Positions 24,401 through 57,018 are shown, counted from the stretch's first letter. The stretch: DNA of 64,000 bases from Hormiphora californensis (GCA_020137815.1 CM035359.1:1054001-1118000); one strand, 5' to 3'. Program-made: numbers and translations. Notes: generated by a model from the sequence alone, not told the origin.

Positions 24401-26920
24401 GATTTATATTTTATCTCCCTCACTGCATTTGAACAAAACAGTAGATCTTCTGGCTCACTTCAGGTCTAATTAATTATTAATTAACTCTCTTAATTAACTC
24501 TCTTCTTTCAGGCTCAGGGCAAGATTCCCAGAGGCCGTGTCCGAGTTAAATACTTACCTGGACACCTTTAGTTGTGATCATGAGAGTTGGTTGGAACTTG
24601 CCGATCTATACATTGGTTAGTGACGTCACTTATTTCGACCTGGATCCACCCCTGGTTACCACAGTAACCAGTTCACATAGTAACTATGGTAACCAGTTCA
24701 CATGGTGACTAGTTCACATGGTAACTAGTTCACAAAGTAACTATGGTAACCAGTTCACATGGTAACTAGTTCACATGGTAACTAGTTCACAAAGTAACTA
24801 TGGTAACCAGTTCACATGGTAACTAGTTCACATGGTAACTAGTTCACATAGTAACTATGGTAACCAGTTCACATGGTAACTAGTTCACATGGTAACTAGT
24901 TCACAAAGTAACTATGGTAACCAGTTCACATGGTAACTAGTTCACATGGTAACTAGTTCACATAGTAACTATGGTAACCAGTTCACATGGTAACTAGTTC
25001 ACATGGTAACTAGTTCACAAAGTAACTATGGTAACCAGTTAACATGGTAACTAGTTCACATGGTAACTAGTTCACATAGTAACTATGGTAACCAGTTCAC
25101 ATGGTAACTAGTTCACATGGTAACTAGTTCACAAAGTAACTATGGTAACCAGTTCACATGGTAACCAGTTCACATGGTAACTAGTTCACATGGTAACTAG
25201 TTCACATAGTAACTATGGTAACCAGTTCACATGGTAACTAGTTCACATGGTAACTAGTTCACAAAGTAACTATGGTAACCAGTTCACATGGTAACTAGTT
25301 CACATGGTAACTAGTTCACATAGTAACTATGGTAACCAGTTCACATGGTAACTAGTTCACATGGTAACTAGTTCACAAAGTAACTATGGTAACCAGTTCA
25401 CATGGTAACTAGTTCACATGGTAACTAGTTCACATAGTAACTATGGTAACCAGTTCACATGGTAACTAGTTCACATGGTAACTAGTTCACATGGTAACTA
25501 GTTCACATGGTAACTAGTTCACATAGTAACTATGGTAACCAGTTCACATGGTAACTAGTTCACATGGTAACTAGTTCACAAAGTAACTATGGTAACCAGT
25601 TCACATGGTAACTAGTTCACATGGTAACTAGTTCACATAGTAACTATGGTAACCAGTTCACATGGTAACTAGTTCACATGGTAACTAGTTCACATAGTAA
25701 CTATGGTAACCAGTTCACATGGTAACTAGTTCACATGGTAACTAGTTCACAAAGTAACTATGGTAACCATTGTAACCAGTTCACATGGTAACCATGGTAA
25801 CCAGTTATACACAGTGAGGTATCTGCACCGTACCGTATATGTGCACTGGTATGCCGAGGCCCGAGTACACTAATTTTATATATAACAGTAAACAGTACAT
25901 TTTACAATAGAATTCTAAATTTCACAATATACATTTCCAGGGCAACAGTGTTACAAGCAGGCACTGTTCTGCGTTGAGGAGCTCCTTCTACAACACCCAC
26001 ATAACCACCTCTTTCACCAGCGATACGCAGGTAATTATTTAATTATTTAATTAGAAGAACGTAGAGATACGCAGGTAATTATTTAGTTAGAAGAACGTAG
26101 AGATACGCAGGTATGTACATATTAGAGCTGTGAGATGACGGGTTTTAGGCAAGTGGCAGAGATATGATTTTCTGCTCTGTGCCCATTCAATTAAACATAT
26201 AATAATCAGGTTTTAATTACTAGTACTTTCTGACTTTTTCTTTATTTTGCCCAGTACAGACATTCTCCACCTCACCCCCTCCCAAATGTAACTCCCTAAC
26301 TCCCCCTAGATATTCTCCACACATTGGGCGGTAAGGAAAACCTCGAGGCGAGTTGTAAGTATTACTGCAAGGCTGCCGAACTAAACTCCGGTAACGTGAG
26401 AGCATTGTACGGTGTTCTCATGTCATCATCAACCCTAGCCAGTATAGGTACGTTTTAGTGTTTTGTTCTGACCTACGTTTAGTTTTGTTCTGACTCTCTT
26501 TTACAAAATATGTAAGGTACATTTTTTAGTTTATACTAGTACGGTAATTCATAGGCTATTCTACTCTACTCAGGAAAGATTTCAGCCAAGGTTAAGTCGG
26601 ATCACCAGACCTTAGCCGCCTGGGCTTGTGACATGATCGAGGAACACTACAAATCAGAACGGGTAATTAAAGTTGCATTTTTGAAGTTTTCACCCCCCCC
26701 CCTTCTTGTGCCTATTTCGTGTTGACGGGGTGACAACTTTAAAAAATCTGACTTTATAGCGAGATTCGTTTTGTTGCAACTGATAATGTTGCAAAAATAC
26801 AACAAGTTACCTTTTGGTTATCGTGTTAACCCAAATTCAACACATCTGCTTTTCCCGTAGGTTGATAAAAGCGTTATTGTGGAAACGGCGAGTGTCCTGG
26901 ATAAATTGTCCCTAAAATAG
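17652..26920 (+). CDS. EMC2: ER membrane protein complex subunit 2 (TPR protein), 9 exons
   Basis: Exons 17652-17729, 17883-17993, 23992-24149, 24320-24389, 24512-24615, 25941-26030, 26310-26447, 26574-26662, 26861-26920, all GT-AG. Peptides TWPEIRDKLRE/WRKD, KWAVYEQ/LCVAALD, QFPSSLRV, ESWLELADLY, FCVEELLLQHPHNHLFHQRYA/DILHTLGG, NVRALYG match EMC2. One extra base in the CCC run at ~24528. Confidence 0.92.
18015..18123 (+). mobile_element. 109-bp hAT-type MITE (CAGGAACCGACCGAA termini)
   Basis: TIRs and 8-bp TSD TTACAGTG; family has about 10 copies in the window. Confidence 0.9.
18831..22545 (-). CDS. LINE ORF2 (APE endonuclease + reverse transcriptase), split by a 698-bp insertion
   Basis: WRIGTLNV, CLVQET, MGDFN, LSDH, YRPVSNI, LLDMSAAFD, GVPQGSLLGP, YADD. 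Removing 19869-20566 plus one TSD restores AAIAL-ICGVPQG in frame. Confidence 0.9.
19869..20566. mobile_element. Non-autonomous TIR transposon with 8-bp TSD inserted in the LINE RT domain
   Basis: TIR CCCAGTGCCCCGA; AGTGCAAT duplicated at 19861-19868 and 20567-20574; internal ~180-bp direct repeat. Confidence 0.92.
22455..23765 (-). CDS. LINE ORF1, gag-like with zinc knuckles
   Basis: 436 aa; CFHCQEFGH, CAFCAGEHETRQC, CINC...H....C knuckles immediately upstream of ORF2. Confidence 0.9.
   Translation of the reverse strand: MNNFHGITNREEFDRALESMVFNSKCKGSSVLNRLLEGDITPPPNSPSGPTREQVWGLLVSAYALIPSSSRTRFESGTSSTMDAGSLEVLKESFESLKTDLLATIERRVDDQVSKILDKKEDGNSGIEDQPEPVLPMKHYVDIKLEVDEDDSAAPVCPKKQWAEFVKPKVESALKGVPVLNTFVNKGSVRLSFETDDQLKAAGAVLSPALGQEIQTVTERKAMLDPRIAVNDLDADLLDEEKLISEILSDKNQDIKKAHGQGGNIKVIHINRNGSFAVIQVSPSIRRIISSNKDKIFLKLRQHSVRDRFHVVQCFHCQEFGHVAGSMRCSKKDSPAVCAFCAGEHETRQCQEKRKNDVAKLRCINCHGSGSREDRRHSKTHLASSTLCPFYINERGKLMDRTAGVSKETKNVYRTRAMEELRIKRLGGSGRSMSIL
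24652..25803. repeat. Intronic minisatellite, 57-bp higher-order unit (9+16+16+16), about 20 copies
   Basis: GTAACTATG-GTAACCAGTTCACATG-GTAACTAGTTCACATG-GTAACTAGTTCACAWA in EMC2 intron 5. Confidence 0.95.
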
Positions 26921-27214
26921 CAGGGGAACAAAAGTAAAATTATTTTGATGTTTTGGGAGTTGATTGTTCGAGTTTAAAAGTTTTGAGGACTGTGTACACT
27001 GTACAGAGAGAGAGAGAGAGAGCTGACAGTATGATCTGTTTGACATATTGTTTCTTTCTACAATGAATAGGATAATGTTTGATTTGCTGATATATATATT
27101 TTCTTCTTCACCTTTAACTAACATAAAACCTCGTTTTGATCTATCCTTTTTTTGTTCAAGACCTCGATCTGACAATCTCCACACTACAAGACCCCGATCT
27201 GACAATCTCCACAG

Positions 27215-27323
27215 CAGGAACCGACCGGATTAAGTAAACAACCAATCAGAACTCGTTATTTAGGTCACGTGACTGGTTATCAGCCAATCAGGGACCAGTA
27301 TTTCCTGATTCGGTCGGTTCCTG
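27215..27323 (+). mobile_element. 109-bp hAT-type MITE copy
   Basis: Same family; TSD CTCCACAG/CTCCACAC. Confidence 0.88.
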
Positions 27324-27468
27324 CTCCACACTACAAGACCCCGATCCCTAGACTAACACACTAATTCTAGGCTGAATCCTAAATATATATCTCTGTCCCA
27401 TTTCCCCTATTTTTCCGGGCTATATCTAAACACCAATCACTATTTCTCCTCTAAAATCGTAGCGCACC

Positions 27469-46598
<19,130 letters not shown>

Positions 46599-47639
46599 AG
46601 AACCTGATTGTTGAAACTGAAATATTTATCAAGAACTCTGAACTATATCATTATTCATTCATTGACTGTATAAGAGTTTTTAGCAAAGTGTGAAAATGTT
46701 TAACATACAGGGTGGTAAAAAATTTATAAAAATGTGTTTAAAAATTACACCACGTCTGTATGAATTTAAGCGTGTTGAAATCAGAAATGTATTTGCCCCC
46801 GTTTTATTAACTTTACACGATTTACACACAAAATGAAAACTCGTGTTTTTAGTAAATTGTATAATCAAATCGGAAGTGATTCTATCGCAGTAGAATCACC
46901 AAGTTTTCTACAGCAATGCCTGCTGATTTCTTGGCTGGTGGATTGCAGATTGCTGCTGCAGCGGTGTAAAGTTAATGTGGGCCATGCAATGTCTGAAAAC
47001 TCGTCCCATTCGCCCGAACATCGTGTGTAGCGCGCAACAGATCTTGCAATGAAAGCACATCACCGATGCATCTGCAATTTCACACGCGCCGCGCATTTCA
47101 TATAATCACGCGTTCAACTCTCATTTCCGATTTTGAATGGTTTCTATTCCTTTGTCCCCGGAACCTTCTGGGTCGCGATCACGGCTCATCAGGACAATGG
47201 CTGTACCTTAAAGTTAATCTTTTGTTCTAAACTCTAACTTAGCGGCTAATGATGCCAAATAGTAATGAATGTTAGTGGGTCCGATAACTGATTTGATTGT
47301 TGAAGGTATTAATCGTATCCGAACCGTAACTTACCTTACTCTCGTTAATTAAGCTCGCATATTTCAAGAAACTTTTAAATAAGAAACTTTTTTCTAGGAA
47401 ACTACAGGTGTAAGCAATCCAAAAACAAAAAGAATTTCTCCTTTATCAAGAAACTAAACAAGTTAGGGGTGTTCTATTTTGTTGTGGTGTCTCTGAATTG
47501 TGTAATTTACATTTGAAAAGTTTCTTATAAAAAAGTTTCTTACTAAAGCGTTTCTTAAAAAACGAGAGTAAGGTAATCAATATCCATTAAAACTTGAAAA
47601 AAATAAGGTTCAATCCCCATCCGATAGAATATCTTGTTC

Positions 47640-48569
47640 GGTCGGTTGTGGGAAGTTGGGTCTGGAATTTTAAATTTGACTTGCTGATATGATTAGGGAC
47701 TCTGTAAAAAGTCCAAAGTACCATCCCACAGGTCTCTACCACCCCCGGTTCACTAATTAGCCGTAATTATGTGATTTATGACGTTATCGCCAATTAGCAC
47801 TAATAATACCAGTTCCTGGTCACTTAGAGCTTAGATTTTGATACCAGCTGATAGAGGATCACTAGATTAGTGGGCATTCAAAATTTTAGGTCGATCAGAG
47901 TTATGGTCGAGGAGTTATAACCGTTTTTCCGTTTGGCTGGCGGTTGGCTGGCACCACGTGGGATTACGGGTTTAGGTCGTCGTGGGAGGTCGTCATTGGT
48001 CGCGTTCGATCGGGCTCGATGAGGTGATCAAAACCTAGTGGGGCCAGACCTTGGCCCCACTCCGTTCTTGGGTTATTAGGCTTTTTCGGTTTCCCGCCAA
48101 AATATTTTCCCGCCAAAACCGAAAAAGCCTAATAACCCAAGAACGGGGTGGGGCCAAGGTCTGGCCCCACTAGGTTTTGATCACCTCATCGAGCCCGATC
48201 GAACGCGACCAATGACGACCTCCCACGACGACCTAAACCCGTAATCCCACGTGGTGCCAGCCAACCGCCAGCCAAACGGAAAAAACGGTTATAACTCCTC
48301 GACCATAACTCTGATCGACCTAAAATTTTGAATGCCCACTAATCTAGTGATCCTCTATCAGCTGGTATCAAAATCTAAGCTCTAAGTGACCAGGAACTGG
48401 TATTATTAGTGCTAATTGGCGATAACGTCATAAATCACATAATTACGGCTAATTAGTGAACCGGGGGTGGTAGAGACCTGTGGGATGGTACTTTGGACTT
48501 TTTATAGAGTCCCTAATCATATCAGCAAGTCACATTTAAAATTCCAGACCCAACTTCCCACAACCGACC
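47640..48569. repeat. Near-perfect 930-bp palindrome (~452-bp arms, ~22-bp spacer overlapping two TTCCCGCCAAAA)
   Basis: Arms are reverse complements with few mismatches; no TSD found. Confidence 0.93.
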
Positions 48570-49441
48570 CTACTACTAGACCACTTACAGATCGCATTCT
48601 ATCTGTAGAGGGTCGAACCTTGCCTAGCTAGACTCAGGGTTAGAACTTAACATTAACAAGTCGAACGCGAAGTCGAACCAGGCCATGTTCAAACAAGGTA
48701 AAACCGCCTATCCGTCAGCCTGCCCCTACAAAATCTTTAGTTCAGTGGTACAGGCAGTCGGGGTGGAAACTGGGAGGGGATGAGGACACGTCTTGGGTGT
48801 GGGAGGTTATTCGATATAAAGAAATTAATTTGAGCTGAAGAAGGGGCACAACCCCGAAACGATCAACAGATTCCATGTTTTGACCTGTCTCAAATGACCT
48901 AGCAAACCCTCCACCAAAACCTTTAACGCAAGAACATTTCCAATTAGGACTCATGGCCGGACAGGATGAGGAAACTGGAAAGTGGTATTATATGATTTAT
49001 CTGAGGAGCCGCATGATTTCCCCATGTTACCTATAAGACTACCCGGCTACTACCTGGCTGGACTACTACCCTGTGCAGGACTAGGATCGGTTCACAGTTG
49101 ACATATTGGATTTGAGGTAGGTTCAGTTTACAGGTACTAGGTCTGTATGGCGGCGCCATACCCCATTTGATTCTCGCGACAGTGCGCTCAGATGGTGTCG
49201 CGGCGCCAGACAGTACAGTGAACAGTCTTACACGGTACTATAAGGTACTAGGTACTAGGTAGTAGGTAGTAGGTAGTAGGTACAGTTACAGTGTCGAATG
49301 TTTGATTTGAGGGTCATTTACCTATATCAGTATATCATGAGGAGTTTTTTAGTTTGCACTGATCTCCACTACTCAACTACAACGAATATTTGTTGAATGA
49401 TGGGAATCTTGAGAGAGAGAGAATAGGGGATAGAGAGAAAC

Positions 49442-49476
<35 letters not shown>

Positions 49477-50116
49477 TCAAATTTTATATCTAACGACTGT
49501 GTGTGCAGCAGCTGAGCTCTATCTATCGTGAGTGTAAGAGATGTAAGCTTGTTGGGTCTCATTTTTCCGCACGCGATGTAAACCAAATAGCTTTTAGACC
49601 GGTTACTGGTTGAGATTTCTTTACTATCTTGCTGTCTACGTAGATTATATTATATGTGCGAGGACCCTCATCTCATTCCCCATTATAAAGTTAAAATACG
49701 TGATTAATTTTGAATTCAATCTTCTGATTTGACAGTCAAGCTTTGAGTCAAATTCCTATTTTAATCGCACTTTTCAATGATATGTCACGCGACATATTTT
49801 ACCATAAAGTGTACCCCTTGACCCTTCGTACTGTCTTGCTATCACTTCAATATATTTCTCTCGTCATTATCCCCGCTCATTTTCCTCCTCGTTCCTTCAC
49901 TATCTTTCACATGATCCCCCCTTGCACACTGTTGTCACTTTAGTCGCCATCCTGTCTTTGCCCTGAAAATATTTTCAATCGTTGACAGAGTTTTGTGACA
50001 GAAAAGACAGTGGCACTTGATACACTTCGTACTCTATTCGCTGCAAATATGGGAACCGTAGCTTGATTGGTGCTTCAATCTCCATAGCTGTCGTCCGTAG
50101 CTCAAACGTTACCCGG

Positions 50117-50225
50117 CAGGAACCGACCGACACAAGTAAACAACCAATGAGAACTCGTTATTTAGGTCACGTGACTGGTTATCAGCCAATCAGAGACCAG
50201 TATTTCCTTATTCGGTCGGTTCCTG
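50117..50225 (+). mobile_element. 109-bp hAT-type MITE copy
   Basis: TSD TTACCCGG/ATACCCGG. Confidence 0.88.
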
Positions 50226-50395
50226 ATACCCGGTCATACATATTTCGATAATATTATAAAATATAATGTACATATTTTGATCAGCTATTTTCTTCAACTA
50301 GAGCTAGGTTCGGTTCCTTTGCCGCAAATGATTCTTTCCAGGAAATTCTCTATCGCTACCATGTGATGTTGATACTAAAATAGTCAGTTACGTGA

Positions 50396-50549
<154 letters not shown>

Positions 50550-51088
50550 CTCCCCCACACTCTTTCTCAGAACGTTCTAGAACCACATGTGGTGTTTACT
50601 TGACTAGTGATCACTAGGCTCTAATAAACTCGCGTGCCTCTACTTATATTTATTGAGTAGTGAATTAGTGATGCTCGATAGAAAATTAAAACTGAAAATC
50701 CCCATGTAATTTTGATATTGGCCCGTCTAATCATGTACTAAATTAAAAAGTGCTACATTCTTGTTTCTGTGAGACTATCACTACCCCCCCATCCCCTCGC
50801 CGCTATACATTTAAATGCTCCATTTCCCACGTTATGAGACGCTCTTGGTTAGTGCATATATCATAATGGGTGCCGGCCGTCAGAGTAGTGTGACCCACAT
50901 GACCGGCGCCGCGGTATATGCTAATGAGATACTAAATAATACGGTTCTTTCGTCACCTGACTAGACGCATTCATAAGGGGGGTCCTCTCACCACCCGGTC
51001 CCCCCTCCCGTCCCAAAACTCGTCATTGTCGAGTCAAAGGTGTCATTGTTCGTGGACAATAAGTTGCTTTCATCTCTCTCTCTATCTA

Positions 51089-51220
<132 letters not shown>

Positions 51221-51306
51221 CCCTATCTCAGGTTGTCTACCAGGTCTCAAGAGAGGTCCCACAATACACGATGAATACACATCCGCCACAAGACCATTGA
51301 TTCTAG

Positions 51307-51414
51307 TAGAACCGACCGAATCAGGAAATACTGGTCCCTGATTGGCTGATAACCAGTCACGTGACCTAAATAACGAGTTCTGATTGGTTGTTTACTTGTT
51401 TCGGTCGGTTCCTG
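51307..51414 (-). mobile_element. 109-bp hAT-type MITE copy
   Basis: Reverse orientation; TSD GATTCTAG/GATTCTAC. Confidence 0.85.
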
Positions 51415-52067
51415 GATTCTACTGACAACTGGCCTTCAAAGCTCTATCTTGTTGGCCCTCACCAAGTTTTTCACCGGGAGACTCTGCTCTTTTTTGGATG
51501 TTATTATAGGCCCATATATTTCGTAACCATCACCTTCTATTCATTTCTTTTCTCGCCAATCTCTATTCTTGAACTCGGGGCCTTCTAGACTCTATCAGTT
51601 TCTCTCCTCACTCATATTTTCTTACCTTCCTCTCTTCCTCTCTCTCCCCTCTCTCTCTCTCTCTCTCTCTCATTCCCTCTATCCGTCTATCTACCTCTCC
51701 GTCTATATACCTCCTTCCCTATCTACCTTGTATCTCTCTTGCCCCCCTCTATTTGGTGCACATTTATGAATACTAACTCATACCCACTGCTCCCGCTCTC
51801 ACTCGGCCCCCCATGTCCCCTTTCCATGTGGTGGTGAGATGTGACCAACAGGTGATCACGTGATTTATCTCCACCAATCAGACGCGGAGAAAGTGTGTCA
51901 CGTGACTGAGTCTGTCCAATGGGGGCGACACACGCTTTCACGTGTGATGGTACTAGTGGTGATTGGGAATGATCAATATGTGTGTGTGTGAGATCGCGCC
52001 GGTTTGAGAGGGGGGATGTCTTCAATGAGGCGAGAGAGAGTTCCCTACTATCTCTATCTCTTTTCTC

Positions 52068-52212
<145 letters not shown>

Positions 52213-52849
52213 ATGGTTCTCACTTAGTTTTGAAGAGCAACGCGTGTAATCTGTTCTAAAACAAGTGTGTTCCTGTAAGTTTCCTGAGCCCTAGGGCAGT
52301 TCTTTCTAAGCATGAGTGCCCTTGCAGACGCAGCACTTTTTGTTATTTCTTCCTATCTTTGCTACCGTTTAGTTAAAGCCACTTTCTATCATTATCATAT
52401 CATTTCTGTAACTCTCAGTGCATCGTTTATCGGCAAACATCGTGACTTTGCATCTGTAATGATTATTCATCTTTCTATCTTTCTGTCTAATTCCCCCTCA
52501 CTCTCAGTAAGAGGAAGACATAAAGTTGTAACTTTCAGAAAATTGTAACTCTGTTTTTTGTCTTCTCATTTCTCTTTCTTCCTCTCCTCTTCGTTCCTTT
52601 TTGATATTATAATGTACCCATTTAGTTTCCTTATGTTTCTCCTAGAGCTAGAGAGATACAGAGAGAATTGGGATAGACAACGCTCCAAGGCAGAGGCATA
52701 TATAATCCAAGCTCATACAAAAAATGAACTCTCTCATGAAGTTCATGCAGTAGGGGGGAGAAGAATGTTCAGAGATCTCATACAGGGGGGATATAAGGGA
52801 AAGTCGAATTAGAGCTAAATGGCAGACCAATAAACTACACACATGTTAT

Positions 52850-52897
<48 letters not shown>

Positions 52898-53103
52898 GAG
52901 AGAGTGGGATCAGCACCGATATGCTAAGAGCTCATCCTGCAGAGCCTCTAGAGGCCAAATGCCCGCCCAAATATTGATATTATATCGTTTTATTGATTCC
53001 AGCTACCGTGTGCATGAATTAGATATATACCGGTCTGGTTCATTCATTCAAGCTTTGATCCAGCTGCATGATGAGGTAGATAAATAATTCCATAACTCCA
53101 GAT

Positions 53104-53212
53104 CAGGAACCAACCGAAACAAGTAAACAACCAATCAGAACTCGTTATTTAGGTCACGTGACTGGTTATCAGCCAATCAGGGACCAGTATTACCTGATTC
53201 GGTCGGTTCCTG
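53104..53212 (+). mobile_element. 109-bp hAT-type MITE copy
   Basis: Perfect TSD CTCCAGAT. Confidence 0.9.
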
Positions 53213-53514
53213 CTCCAGATCTTGCAGTTCTTCTTCTTTACTCTCATGACCTATACCAGACCCTCTCAGAGCGTGCTCGTCATTTTATGAAATAAAATAC
53301 GGTGTGAGCTACACAATTATTTATTAAATTGCTATTCTCTCCCTTCTCAGCTGACCCTCATTCAGTTTTGCTGCAGAGCTTTCACCCTAATTATTATTGA
53401 AACAAAAAGGCCCTGGTCAAATTAAATTGCTCCAATTTTGAAGTGGTGTCTCGGAGTCCTATGTGGTACCCAGCCGGGTGATAAGCTGTTTGAGTTGCGG
53501 GAATGAACTAGAAG

Positions 53515-53594
<80 letters not shown>

Positions 53595-54265
53595 TTCTCT
53601 CTTTCTCTCTCTCTCTCTCTTTCTCTCTCTAGCTATCTCTCTATCTCTGTTTCTCAAATATTCTCTCTTTTGATACCCTTCAGATATTCGATATATTCTG
53701 CTCTATCATTCCTTCCAAAGTGGTGAGTGCCCTTAGGGTTACTCGCGGGTTATTCTTCAAAATCTATGCATGCATATAGTACATACACTATTTCCGAACT
53801 GGACAGTATCTCCGGTGCGGGGGGGGGGGGGGGGGGGGCATCTCCCAGATCCTTTCTTAATTAGGTTGTTACCCCATTTTGAGCCTTTTATCCCCCTTTT
53901 CATCTAGAGTAGCCTATTATAGTTCGCTTCTCTCACTCTCTAACTTTCTCTCTATCTCCCTCTCTCCAAACACTCTGCACCGCTTGTATCAATTGGCACG
54001 CCTCGCACCCCATTTAGGTATTGGCGCTATCCCCTACTTCCTTCTCAATCAATAAATTATTAATTACTACCAATAATCACATGACGTGAATGCTTAATTG
54101 TTATTGGTCAGTCCCTGACGGTGGAGCGAATGAGCAGACATCTGATTGGACGAGGAGGAAGCTCTTCTTTCTCTCTCACCCTTTCGCACCTATTGAATCT
54201 CACAGCTTTTTTCATCGATTTCTAGGGAGGAAAAGAGTGCACTTTGTAACTATTGGTGTGAGGGA

Positions 54266-54337
<72 letters not shown>

Positions 54338-54359
54338 GAGAGAGAGAGAGAGAGAGAGG

Positions 54360-54399
<40 letters not shown>

Positions 54400-54767
54400 G
54401 TGTGTGTGTGTGTGTGAAAGAGAGAGATACATATACTCATTTTGGCAGATATTGGATGTATGACTAGAATAGAAAAGGGGTGAGTGCACACCAAATCGAC
54501 ACTTCCTCTACTCGACAGTCGAAATGCCCTCTCTCTCTGTCGATCTCTCTTCCTTCCTATTATTTTGTATCCATCTGTTCAATATTCCTTAAGAGATATT
54601 ATCGTTATTTTATCATAATTTGATCTGCAGCTTGAATACCCCCATTGACGTCCCAATAATTACTCTGCAGCTCTACCCCAGTTTTCTCCTCAGTTTCCCT
54701 CTCTTTGTTTAGTACTCTCTGATCGTCATAGACGCAGTCTGCACAACTGTCAACTTTAATAATAGTT

Positions 54768-54901
<134 letters not shown>

Positions 54902-55432
54902 GCTCTCTCACTCACCGTTTAGGTGACAGTTTTTGGCGCTAATACACACTTGTCCTCTGTTCTCCTCCTCTTCGTGAAATAGTCTCTTCATTTCCGCGAG
55001 GAGAGAGTTAGACGGCCAATGAGAAGCCGCGATTGATATCACGTGACCACCATCCACCAATAGGGTACACGGAAGTTTTACCCGTAAAAACAATAGGAGA
55101 GGTGTGTGTGTGTTTGAGGGTGCATGGGTACATTGGCCAGACAACCCATTTTTCTCTTAATTAAGAGGTGCAGTGATCGTACACATCAGCTTGATGGAGG
55201 AGAATTATATGCCATTGTCCCTTCACATAACATTTGTGTTCATCAGTTGTCAATTGTAATAGTTACTTTCTAGTTTCCTCATTATATGATATGCAGCTGA
55301 AGATGTTTTTGGTGGTGGAATTAATATAATCTTGAAGATCCCGGAACTTATATTCGGCCACTCTTTTGTTAAAGTCAACCCCCTTTTCGATAGGGCAGTG
55401 TTTTGTCATTGTGTTACCGAATGTATCGTCCG

Positions 55433-55583
<151 letters not shown>

Positions 55584-56899
55584 CCCTCTCTATCTCTCTC
55601 CTTTTCATTTTGGACATCCTTTTTGCACCTGCATGTCACATGGTCCTCCCGCCCTTTTCATATTTCACGATAATCTTTCTGAAGGCAACTCTTGAACTAT
55701 GGGTGGTCGGCAGAGTCAGTCAGTTGTAGCATTTCTATCTTGACTTGTTCAGACTGTCTCGTGTATGAACAATACAATTTCAATCCCGGCTTTGCATGAT
55801 GCATCTTTCACCATAATATTTGTGCAACTTTCGATAATTCGTATTTTCTCCAAAATCCCTGATGGCACCTTTCTGATATGAAGTGTCCTCTCCTTTTCTG
55901 CGAGGAGTCAGGGTGACCATCCAAATTATAAGAAGCCGGTGACCACATTTTAATATCGGCCCGGGTTTAGCACCCTGTCCACGGCAGTGAGATAAAGATA
56001 GAGAGAGATAAAGATAGAGAGAGAGAGAGAGGGATATCAAGGGGAGAAAGAGAGAGAGAGAAAGAGAGAGAATTCTTGAAACTAGAGGTAATAGGTTCGT
56101 TGTCACCGTCTATCTTTCACTTTTACTCATAAACAATGGTTAGCTATTCTGTACTAGACCGTACTTTTTACTTAAGTTACGAGCTAATCCTAATTTCCAC
56201 TATTTGTCGTTATGGGGCTGTGACAAGAGAGGGTCGCGCAAGGCAGCCTTTTTACAATCCTATAACGACGTGACCCGCGGTAGAAGCAGGTTGGTAACGA
56301 AGTAACCCAGCTCCCTAATTGCCAGTGCATCGAAGGTCGTGAGGCGAGGGGTTATTTCGTAACCAATGTAGCCGGGTATCTTTTTTTTGTATCAATACAA
56401 GAGACAGTTCTAGGGTATCAGCTCCATGTAGAGAGATATAGATTATGAGAGGGGAGATGCCAAATGATAAGAATGGTTCTTTCTCAATAATCAGTACCCA
56501 AGTTCCCTGTCTCTTGCTCTCCCCTTTTTTCTCTATCGATCTCTCGTTTCTTCTCCTCCCTGACCAGTCACCCTCTCATCTCTCCCCTTTCTGTCACTCT
56601 CCCTCTAGTCCTATATTTCTTATCATGTCGGACCCAGTTGACCCGCTCTCTTGTCACAACTGTCACAGCACGACATATTTTCCTTCTTTCCCCCCTAAAT
56701 TTTTTATCACATTTTTAGTTCTCCAACTTTGAGGTTTTTTCCCCTATTTTCGAATGAGTCATTTTTTTATGACGTCATATGTACCTAGCCACTCACCCGG
56801 AAAACGATCCATTGTTTTAACCTAGCTAGCAATAATAGATCGTGGGAATGAAATTTAAATAATGGCCTGGAGATATAATTCTCTCTATCTCTTCTCTCT

Positions 56900-56939
<40 letters not shown>

Positions 56940-56947
56940 ACTCTCTC

Positions 56948-57018
<71 letters not shown>

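Noticed and set aside
47150-47200. Minus-strand CTGATGAGCCGTGATCGCGACC as a hammerhead
   Set aside because: GAAA is missing after stem II; the region looks like a repeat fragment without a supportable ORF.
51723-52025. 100-aa minus-strand ORF as an exon
   Set aside because: No recognisable homology; SRD/PI residues derive from E-box and CCAAT motifs. Cannot be excluded without RNA data.
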